From Candidatus Hermodarchaeota archaeon (GTDB lineage: Archaea; Asgardarchaeota; Thorarchaeia; Thorarchaeales; Thorarchaeaceae), in contig JBHLLF010000039.1 in NCBI GenBank assembly GCA_048885865.1, forward strand, positions 1-24,524: DNA of 24,524 nt. The letters run 5' to 3'. This document shows, piece after piece, positions 1 to 7,039 of this stretch. How positions within the stretch are numbered: position 1 is the first letter of the stretch; every line of letters begins with the position of its first letter. Below the pieces are notes generated by a model. That model made no database searches. It was not told the origin of the DNA and saw only the letters and a list, made by a program, of their open reading frames with translations. The position numbers and the translations under genes were made by a program.

Positions 1-4
1 AATA

Positions 5-52
5 CGTATATGTATATACGCCAGATACATTGTATATGGTTGAATATATTAG
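5..52 (+). promoter_or_regulatory. Putative promoter of the pantothenate operon with palindromic operator-like sites
   Basis: Inverted repeats CGTATA-tgta-TATACG (5-20) and CCAgATACAtTGTATaTGG (21-39) lie directly upstream of the AT-rich TATA-like AATATATTA (~44-52). Confidence 0.45.
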
Positions 53-81
53 GCGCAAAAACAGGCGATGGAGTGACCACC

Positions 82-1014
82 TTGAACTCACAGGGAGAGA
101 ACCTGCTAGATATTGCCCAAGCCTTTGTGCCGGGGCACATCACAGGGATCTTTCGAATCCATGATGAACATGAAGACCCGCTCCGTTGTGGGTCCGTTGG
201 AGCGGGATTCTGTGTGGATATAGGCACTACCACAACTGTGAAACTGGTGGACAGTACGAAACTAGAGGTGTCAGTCGCGTATAACGGCAGACCAATCAAC
301 GCCCCAGTAACAACGACGGTGATTCAGAGATTGCTACAACAAAATCACAGAGTCTGCAAAGTGGAAGTCGACCATGAGTCGATGCTGCCTATCGGTGTCG
401 GCTTTGGCGCTTCCGGGGCAGGAGCCTTGGGAACTGCAATTGCCCTCTCTAGTCTCATTGATGCTGAGTCCTATTCTCTAGATGCAGCAAAGCATGCACA
501 TTATGCTGAGATTGTCAATCACACTGGGCTTGGAGATGTGATTGCGCAGACAACAGGCGGGATGGAACTCCGTACAAAACCCGGTGCACCTGGAATTGGC
601 GAAGTTGTCAAAATTGCTCTGAATGAATCTTTCAAAATAGTCCTGGCTGGTGCTCCAGGTCTTGAAACCAAGAGTGTGCTCACAAACAAGCGGCATAGAG
701 GACGCATTATCAAAGCAGCTGATGAACTAATGGAAGAGCTTAGAGCGAACCCCACAGTTGACAGTTTTATACATTATTCAAAGCAGTTCGCTCACTCAAT
801 AGGACTGATGACACCTCGAGTTCAAACGGCACTCAATGAACTCGAAGAAGCCGGACTCAATGACTCAAGTATGGTGATGCTGGGGGACTCGATTTTCTGC
901 TTCTGCAAGAATGATGAGTCTGATCATGCTATTGACATCCTGTCAAGGTTCTGGGAGATTAATCAGGTTCAGTTGACTGGCATTTCAGAAGATGGTGGGA
1001 GGCTAGTCCTGTGA
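82..1014 (+). CDS. pok: Pantoate kinase (GHMP kinase family, archaeal CoA pathway)
   Basis: Motifs AFVPGHITGIF, GSVGAG, GHMP PIGVGFGASGA, HYAEIVNHTGLGDV, PGAPG and SMVMLG. The ORF is open from 10, but the true start is more likely TTG 82 (after GGAGTGA) or GTG 73. Confidence 0.9.
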   Translation: MNSQGENLLDIAQAFVPGHITGIFRIHDEHEDPLRCGSVGAGFCVDIGTTTTVKLVDSTKLEVSVAYNGRPINAPVTTTVIQRLLQQNHRVCKVEVDHESMLPIGVGFGASGAGALGTAIALSSLIDAESYSLDAAKHAHYAEIVNHTGLGDVIAQTTGGMELRTKPGAPGIGEVVKIALNESFKIVLAGAPGLETKSVLTNKRHRGRIIKAADELMEELRANPTVDSFIHYSKQFAHSIGLMTPRVQTALNELEEAGLNDSSMVMLGDSIFCFCKNDESDHAIDILSRFWEINQVQLTGISEDGGRLVL

Positions 1015-1799
1015 CGAAAATCGAAGTGCCTGCAGATCATCCGCGGAAGGTTTCGTTGGACATCCGAGAGAAAATCATTGAGGGGCATGAGAAGAACATT
1101 GTTGCTACAGCTGGGCTCTTAGCTCATGGACGCGGAGAAGCATTCGACTATATGATTGGTGAAATCACAAACGCCGATGCTATGGTTGCATGCAGAGCCG
1201 CAGTGGCTGCATTGCTGTTAGCAGAGCATCCTGTCATCAGTGTAAACGGAAATGTTTGTGCCCTGGTTCCAGATGAGATGGTTGAGTTGTCCGAGCTCAC
1301 TAGGGCACCACTAGAGATCAACCTGTTCTACTATCGGCCAGAGAGGGAAAACGCCATTCATGAAGCCCTATTGGCTGCTGGTGCAGAAGAAGTATTGGGA
1401 ACACACGACAGACCATCCGAGACAATCCCAGAACTAAGTAGCAATAGAAGAAAGGTTGACTCAGAAGGGATAGCCAAGGCTGATGTGGTCTTGGTTCCTC
1501 TTGAAGATGGAGACAGGACAGAGGCACTAAAGGCAATTGACAAGTTTGTGATAACTATTGATCTCAATCCGATGTCACGCACCGCGGTATTCTCTGACAT
1601 CACTATTGTTGATAACATTGTAAGGGCCGCACCCCTTATGGTGCAGTATGCTCGTGAAATGAAGAATTGGCCTCATGAGAAATTGGACGCTCTTGTGGCG
1701 GATTTTGACAATCAGAGGAATCTAACTAGGGAGGTCTCTCTCATGAAGGCCCATCTTGCTAGCCAAATAGAAGCAGCTCACAGGGAGGATGAACCTTGA
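1011..1799 (+). CDS. pps: 4'-phosphopantothenate synthetase (4-phosphopantoate--beta-alanine ligase)
   Basis: Motifs HPRKVSL, GLLAHGRGEAFDY, PVISVNGN, VPLEDGDR and IDLNPMSRT. The GTG start overlaps the upstream TGA (GTGA), with GGGAGG SD. Confidence 0.93.
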   Translation: MTKIEVPADHPRKVSLDIREKIIEGHEKNIVATAGLLAHGRGEAFDYMIGEITNADAMVACRAAVAALLLAEHPVISVNGNVCALVPDEMVELSELTRAPLEINLFYYRPERENAIHEALLAAGAEEVLGTHDRPSETIPELSSNRRKVDSEGIAKADVVLVPLEDGDRTEALKAIDKFVITIDLNPMSRTAVFSDITIVDNIVRAAPLMVQYAREMKNWPHEKLDALVADFDNQRNLTREVSLMKAHLASQIEAAHREDEP

Positions 1800-2785
1800 A
1801 GATTGTAATTATGGGCTCTGGAGCAATAGGAAGTCTGTATGGCGGATTGCTAAGCCTTGCAGGTGAGGAAGTGATCCTTCTAGTAGGTAGAAAACGCCAT
1901 GTGGAGGCTATCAACAAACGCGGTTTGAAAATCAAAGGTGTGTTAGGCGAACATACACTCCCCCTTAGCGCCACACAAGACAGTGAGGATATCGATGCTG
2001 CTGATTTGGTTCTCATTACAACTAAAGCATATGATGCAGTTGAAGCGGCCAGCCGAATGAAACACCTGGTGAAGAGAGGGACATATTTCCTTGTTCTCCA
2101 GAATGGAATTGGTACAGAGAAGAAAGTAGCTGAAGTTCTCGAAACTCATAGAGTGCTGAGGGCTACAACCTGTATGGGTGCATTGATGACTGCACCTGGA
2201 GAAGTCACTGCTACCGGTGTTGGAATCACTGAGATAGGGTCGCATTTCCCAGAGAATCAAGAAATGGTTGAAGAAGTGGTCGCCATTTTGAGAAATGCAG
2301 GGTTCCAGGTAGTTTCTTCCGAGAATATCGAGGGAGTTGTCTGGACTAAGACTATTGTCAACTGCGGGATCAATCCCATAGGCGCGCTAACAGGTATGAC
2401 TAATGGAGAGATCTATAATGACATGCGACTTCGGGAGCTTGTCATCAAGCTTGTAGAGGAAACCGCCCATGTGGCTGATGCTCTGGGCATAGAACTCACC
2501 ACTGACGATCCGGTTCGATATGCACTTGGAACTGCTAAGGCCACTTCTGACAACATCAATTCCATGCTTCAGGACATCCGATGCTGTAAGCAGACAGAAA
2601 TTGATGCAATCACCGGAGAAGTAATACGACTAGCGAAAGAGCTTGGTATTGAAACGCCTTTGAGCGAGTCTGTATATGCACTTGTAAAGGCTCTCGAGTC
2701 GAAAGTCACCAAATTCGAGAAAGATGCAGATAAGATGTCTACCTTGTCAGTCGAAGAGGTAGAACGTGCAATCACTGGTACCTGA
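1796..2785 (+). CDS. panE: 2-dehydropantoate 2-reductase (ketopantoate reductase)
   Basis: Rossmann GSGAIG, TTKAYD, LQNGIG, WTKTIVNCGINP and NSMLQD...TEIDAITG. The TTG start overlaps the upstream TGA (TTGA), with GGGAGGA SD. Confidence 0.93.
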   Translation: MKIVIMGSGAIGSLYGGLLSLAGEEVILLVGRKRHVEAINKRGLKIKGVLGEHTLPLSATQDSEDIDAADLVLITTKAYDAVEAASRMKHLVKRGTYFLVLQNGIGTEKKVAEVLETHRVLRATTCMGALMTAPGEVTATGVGITEIGSHFPENQEMVEEVVAILRNAGFQVVSSENIEGVVWTKTIVNCGINPIGALTGMTNGEIYNDMRLRELVIKLVEETAHVADALGIELTTDDPVRYALGTAKATSDNINSMLQDIRCCKQTEIDAITGEVIRLAKELGIETPLSESVYALVKALESKVTKFEKDADKMSTLSVEEVERAITGT

Positions 2786-3455
2786 ACATTCTACTTGCCA
2801 TCGCAAATGATGCCTCTGCATGTTGCTTCGCATTACTTGTGATTGCATTCATGTGTCCCGGAAGTGCAATGACAAAATCCCACTCTGTGATTCTTCGCAG
2901 CGATTCAACTAGTTGATGAGGATCTCCTGTAGGAAAGTCAACTCGTCCGAAGCTTCCTCCTGGAAATAGAGTATCGCCTGTTATTAGAATCCCCTGATCT
3001 TCGATATGCAGACATATGCTACCAATAGAGTGGCCAGGAGTGCTATACACTTTGAAGCAAACATCACCAAGGATAAGGTCTTGCCCTTCCTCAAGCAGGC
3101 TATCGATCTTAATCTGTGGTAGTTCCACTCCAAAAGTATTAGAAAGAGTCAATCTCATATCGCCAGAGTTGATCATGTCACCCTCGGATTTGTGAAGGTG
3201 CAATTTCGGACTGTATTCTGCGATAATTGGTAGGACACCACCGATGTGATCTATATGGCTATGAGTGAGTACGATGTCTGTCAATTTCTCCACAGATGCG
3301 CCAATTTTCACAAGGTCTTGATTTAGTGCGCCTGGGTTCATTCCAGTCCCAGCATCGATCAGAATCTGTCTTTCTCCTCCGTTGATGAAGATGATATTTG
3401 AGTCAAAGGAGTTGCTTACTTTGATGTAGATGTTATCACTGACTTGCCTAAACAT
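2772..3455 (-). CDS. Metallo-beta-lactamase-fold hydrolase (glyoxalase II-like)
   Basis: Motifs IDAG, THSHIDHIGG, TPGHS, GDTLF and PGH. Confidence 0.88.
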   Translation of the reverse strand: MFRQVSDNIYIKVSNSFDSNIIFINGGERQILIDAGTGMNPGALNQDLVKIGASVEKLTDIVLTHSHIDHIGGVLPIIAEYSPKLHLHKSEGDMINSGDMRLTLSNTFGVELPQIKIDSLLEEGQDLILGDVCFKVYSTPGHSIGSICLHIEDQGILITGDTLFPGGSFGRVDFPTGDPHQLVESLRRITEWDFVIALPGHMNAITSNAKQHAEASFAMASRMFRYQ

Positions 3456-3459
3456 CTCG

Positions 3460-4584
3460 TCACCCCATGTGCTCCATTAGACTGTCAATCTCACCTTCAT
3501 TGTTATAGAAATGCGGCGACACTCTTAGTCTTCCATTGCGCACTGAGCAGTAAATTCTATTCTTCTTGAGCTTCTGCTCAAGCTGTTCTACATTATCTGG
3601 TGAACACGAAACAATAGGAGACCTATGATTCTCCTGGAATTCATAGTATTCAATACCTTTCTCACGAAGACGTTTCCGAACATAGTCCGCATTTTCAAGT
3701 GCTTTTCTTTCGCATTCCTTTGCTGGCAGTGAAGTGAGCATTCGGAGAGTTTCAAGAAGTCCAACATATGCGATCATTGCTGGAGACCCTATCTGGAACA
3801 TCTTTGCGTCCGGAAATGGTTCTCTCTCGAAGTACCCGAATTCTCTCAATTCCTTGACTCCCCACCAACCCAGGTACTTTGGTGTTAGATTATCCATAAT
3901 CCTATCACTTACATAGACATAGCCAGCTCCAATCGGGCCCAGCATCCACTTTGGTGCCTGTCCTGCCGCAAAGTCAACTTCCTCCTTGACGAGATTTGTA
4001 ACAGCCCATCCTGCCGCCTGAATGATGTCAGCTGCAATGTAGCCTCCGGAATCGTGAATGATCCTAGCAAGTGCCTTCAAGTCTGACCGAAATCCCGAAC
4101 TAAATTGCACTTGACTAACCGCCAATACTCTCGTATTCTCGTCAACCAGTTCCTTGAAGGCATCGGTTGGAGCGGCCCCTTCTTTTGACTTCACAACTCT
4201 CAACTCCACTCCTTCCTGTCTACAAAGATGCTGCCAAGGAATGTAGTTGGCTGGAAACTCCAAGTCGCATAATACCACATTAGAACCTTTGGGATATTCT
4301 ATGCTATGAGCAAACGCGTTTACACCTGATGTAGTGTTAGGTGTGAACCCAAAGTTCCTTCGTGCTCCACCCAGGAGATTCGCTAAGAGCTCCCGAATCT
4401 CCTTTATTTTCTCAAGCGTTTCATCAAAATCCCCCTTGGCTATGAGTCTATTATCCAAATACTCCTTCATTGCCGTCACGCATGTCATCGGTGGGATGCC
4501 AGTAGCAGCATTATTGAGATAGGCCATGTCTGATAGAGTGGGAAACATCTCCTGGACAAAATCGGAGTCAATTGTTTCGGGCAT
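3460..4584 (-). CDS. Class V PLP-dependent enzyme (C-S lyase/desulfurase-like fold)
   Basis: Motifs YLNNAATG, EFPAN, DIIQAAG, APKWMLGP (PLP Lys) and RVSPHFYN. No desulfurase Cys-loop motif. Confidence 0.85.
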   Translation of the reverse strand: MPETIDSDFVQEMFPTLSDMAYLNNAATGIPPMTCVTAMKEYLDNRLIAKGDFDETLEKIKEIRELLANLLGGARRNFGFTPNTTSGVNAFAHSIEYPKGSNVVLCDLEFPANYIPWQHLCRQEGVELRVVKSKEGAAPTDAFKELVDENTRVLAVSQVQFSSGFRSDLKALARIIHDSGGYIAADIIQAAGWAVTNLVKEEVDFAAGQAPKWMLGPIGAGYVYVSDRIMDNLTPKYLGWWGVKELREFGYFEREPFPDAKMFQIGSPAMIAYVGLLETLRMLTSLPAKECERKALENADYVRKRLREKGIEYYEFQENHRSPIVSCSPDNVEQLEQKLKKNRIYCSVRNGRLRVSPHFYNNEGEIDSLMEHMG

Positions 4585-4695
4585 GTCTAGGTGTCGCGTT
4601 AAAGCGCCAGATAAAGCTCACTCTCTCTGCGGACACAATCCCCCCAAGATTTAAGACCGGTTTCATCTCCGTAAATCTTTGGAGAGAGGTTGTAA

Positions 4696-5589
4696 TTGCT
4701 CAGGAGGCTGACTTCTCGATTCAAAGGCAAAAAGAAGGAAGAGCCAAAGGTAGAGGATACACCAGTTGCCCGTCCTGAAACAACTAGGACAACCGCAGAA
4801 CCTCGTGAAACAACGCCTCCTGAAGAGATCGAGGCAGCACCCGGTCAGCCTTTCACAGCACCTCGAGAAACACCACGGGTAGGTCGTCGTGAGCCACTTC
4901 CAACAGGAACTCTTGTTGCTAGTACAGAAACAACCGAACTAAGGATTGACGAAGAGGCAACCTCCAATATTGCACGAGCCGCCCGAATCCGTCCTCAGTC
5001 CGTGTCGGAGATTGTTGCAGGAGAGGCCTTGAAACGAGATGAGGAAGGGCGTATCCACATCAAAATCGTATTCTATGGCCCATCACTCTCAGGCAAGACT
5101 ACTGCACTAAGATGGCTTTTTGCCAATGTTAGGGCATTAGCCAAGGGGAAGATAGTCGAGATTTCAGACGAGCTAGGCCGGACTACCTACTTCGACTTCA
5201 TACCTGTTTCTGCCGGTGAAAAGGTGATTTTTGACGTTTTCACTGTAGCAGGTCAACGAAGACATGCTACTCAGCGGATAAATGTTCTTCGAGGAGTAGA
5301 TGGCATGATCTTCATGGCAGACTCCACCCCTGAGCAGATGAACGAGAACTTGGCATCAATACAGGAGCTTCGTATCGCGCTTGGGACTGATCGCTTGGCG
5401 ACATTACCCATTGTAGTTTCGTTGAACAAACGAGACCTGCCAAATGCTCTGCCAGTAGACCGCATGATTCAGATGCTAGGCCTTGAAGGATATCCCGTAT
5501 TTGCCACAGTTGCCACTGAAGGAAAGAACCTCCTTAGAATGTTCCAGCGTATCCTCAGGGACTCGCTTGTCTACAAGGTCGGCGTTTAA
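4696..5589 (+). CDS. MglA-like small Ras-superfamily GTPase with ~115-aa disordered N-terminal extension
   Basis: KIVFYGPSLSGKTT (G1), RTTYFDF (G2), TVAGQ (MglA-type G3), NKRD (G4) and TVATEG (G5). TTG start after GGAGAGAGG. Confidence 0.88.
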   Translation: MLRRLTSRFKGKKKEEPKVEDTPVARPETTRTTAEPRETTPPEEIEAAPGQPFTAPRETPRVGRREPLPTGTLVASTETTELRIDEEATSNIARAARIRPQSVSEIVAGEALKRDEEGRIHIKIVFYGPSLSGKTTALRWLFANVRALAKGKIVEISDELGRTTYFDFIPVSAGEKVIFDVFTVAGQRRHATQRINVLRGVDGMIFMADSTPEQMNENLASIQELRIALGTDRLATLPIVVSLNKRDLPNALPVDRMIQMLGLEGYPVFATVATEGKNLLRMFQRILRDSLVYKVGV

Positions 5590-5687
5590 TCCATCATTTG
5601 CCATCTACTGCTTTCGAGCCAGCATAACCGAAAAGGTAATTTGGAGTTCAGAGTGAGCGAAGCCCCTGAGGTCAATCCCATATCAAT

Positions 5688-5763
5688 AGCCCCGTGGTGT
5701 AGCGGTCCAGCATCAGTGGTTCTGGCCCACTGGACCCAGGTTCGAGTCCTGGCGGGGCTACCA
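5688..5763 (+). tRNA. tRNA-Gln (anticodon CTG), CCA encoded, no intron
   Basis: Acceptor stem AGCCCCG/CGGGGCT, anticodon arm AGTGG-TT-CTG-GC-CCACT (CTG at 5722-5724), T arm CCAGG-TTCGAGT-CCTGG and 3' ACCA. The A1-U72 pair is typical of archaeal tRNA-Gln. Confidence 0.97.
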
Positions 5764-5931
5764 CCCTTTTACGCAATTTCCGTTCACTAGGCATCTTATT
5801 CGGTCAAAAACGGACTTTTGAATTCGATTTTTGCTATATAAAACTAAAAGAAAGAATTTTCGATTTATCGAACACGGCGCGCATTTTAGCGAAAACCTAT
5901 AGATTTATAGGCCAAACATCCGTCTCAGAAA

Positions 5932-6030
5932 GTTGGAGACGCAAGGCCCGCGTTCACGCTTTGTGTTCCTGTTGCTTCAGTCTGCGTCCCTCCCGGCGGA
6001 GATCAACAGGCTGCGGGTCTTCTCCACATC
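5932..6030 (+). ncRNA. Candidate structured small RNA of unknown class (overlaps a 36-aa TTG ORF at 5933-6043)
   Basis: TATA-like TTTATA at 5904-5909. Nested helices TGGAG/CTCCA, AAGGCCCGC/GCGGGTCTT, CCTGTTG/CAACAGG and TCTGC/GCGGA. G-U pairs indicate the + strand. Confidence 0.5.
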
Positions 6031-6119
6031 ATCCTACTTCTAAATAACGACGAATGCTATCCATCTCATAACAAGCTTCTTATCAACCTGCACGCAGAAA
6101 ATTCGCTGAGTGAGCGAAC

Positions 6120-6899
6120 ATGGAGCGCGTTGATTTCGGCTGGGATGAATTCTGGGCTGAGGTGTTCAGGGTCAAATACCGTCAAATCATTCCGGGAATT
6201 CAGCAATATGATAAGATGGTCGTTGAATTCTGCCTAGATGTCTTGGGCTTGAAGAAAGGAAAGAAGCTGCTCGACATAGCCTGTGGAGCCGGTGATCAGA
6301 GCATCCTTTTTGCAAAACACGGAATCAATGTTTCCGGATTTGACCTTTCAACAAAGCTCATTGAAATTGCCAAGGAGAAAGCAGCTGAAGCCAAATTTGA
6401 GGTGGATTTTTCGACGGGCGACATGAGGGAGATTGATTTTCCAAGTCAGTTTGATGCCGCGGTGCTTCTCAGTCATAGCTTTGGCTTCTTTAATCATGAT
6501 GAGAACAAGAGTGTTCTTGAGGGATCATTCAATGCCCTCGTTAAGGGGGGGAAACTTCTTCTTGACCTAATGAATCCCTACAATCTTCCGCGTTTCCAAA
6601 AGACATGGACAAAGATAGAGGATGGCTATCTGTTAAGTGAGCCTCATGTACTTGATGCACCATCAGGAGTACTAAGAGGACGTCCTGCATTATTCATTGA
6701 CATGGCTAATGGTCGCATAATCGAGATGAATGAAGATGCACTCGCTGGCAATGACATCCGAATGTACACTGCACTTGAAATTCGTGAGCTCCTAAAACAA
6801 GTGGGCTTTTCCAAGAGTGAGCTCTACGGACAAAACAAACTTCCGAAGATGCCATATGCCGCAAACTCTGAACGTATGGTTGTAATAGCCACCAAATAG
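6120..6899 (+). CDS. Class I SAM-dependent methyltransferase
   Basis: Motif I LLDIACGAG, GFDLS, GDMRE, FDAAV, SFGFF and GGKLLLD. Confidence 0.9.
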   Translation: MERVDFGWDEFWAEVFRVKYRQIIPGIQQYDKMVVEFCLDVLGLKKGKKLLDIACGAGDQSILFAKHGINVSGFDLSTKLIEIAKEKAAEAKFEVDFSTGDMREIDFPSQFDAAVLLSHSFGFFNHDENKSVLEGSFNALVKGGKLLLDLMNPYNLPRFQKTWTKIEDGYLLSEPHVLDAPSGVLRGRPALFIDMANGRIIEMNEDALAGNDIRMYTALEIRELLKQVGFSKSELYGQNKLPKMPYAANSERMVVIATK

Positions 6900-6910
6900 A
6901 GTCCCATGAC

Positions 6911-7039
6911 GATAATCTTTTAAGAATCCGTAAGGCTCTCCGCGCTAGCCACCGAGGCCTTCGGTGACCCCAACCTAGTTCTCTTGGAACTATGACTTAG
7001 AAGTTGGGGTCAGACTATTCGTAAATAAGGTGAATCCAA
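6911..7039 (+). promoter_or_regulatory. Promoter and structured 5' leader of the EF-2 paralog
   Basis: TATA-like TTTTAA (~6918-6923). Helices CACCGA/TCGGTG, TGACCCCAAC/GTTGGGGTCA and TAGTTC/GAACTA. SD AGGTGA lies before the TTG start. Confidence 0.55.

Noticed and set aside
10-81. N-terminal extension of pantoate kinase from ATG 10
   Set aside because: It runs through the promoter-like AT-rich region and has no kinase similarity.
5934-6028. H/ACA guide RNA (hairpin followed by ACA at 6026-6028)
   Set aside because: There is no bipartite pseudouridylation pocket (the 3' side has only a 2-nt loop) and no clear K-turn or K-loop.
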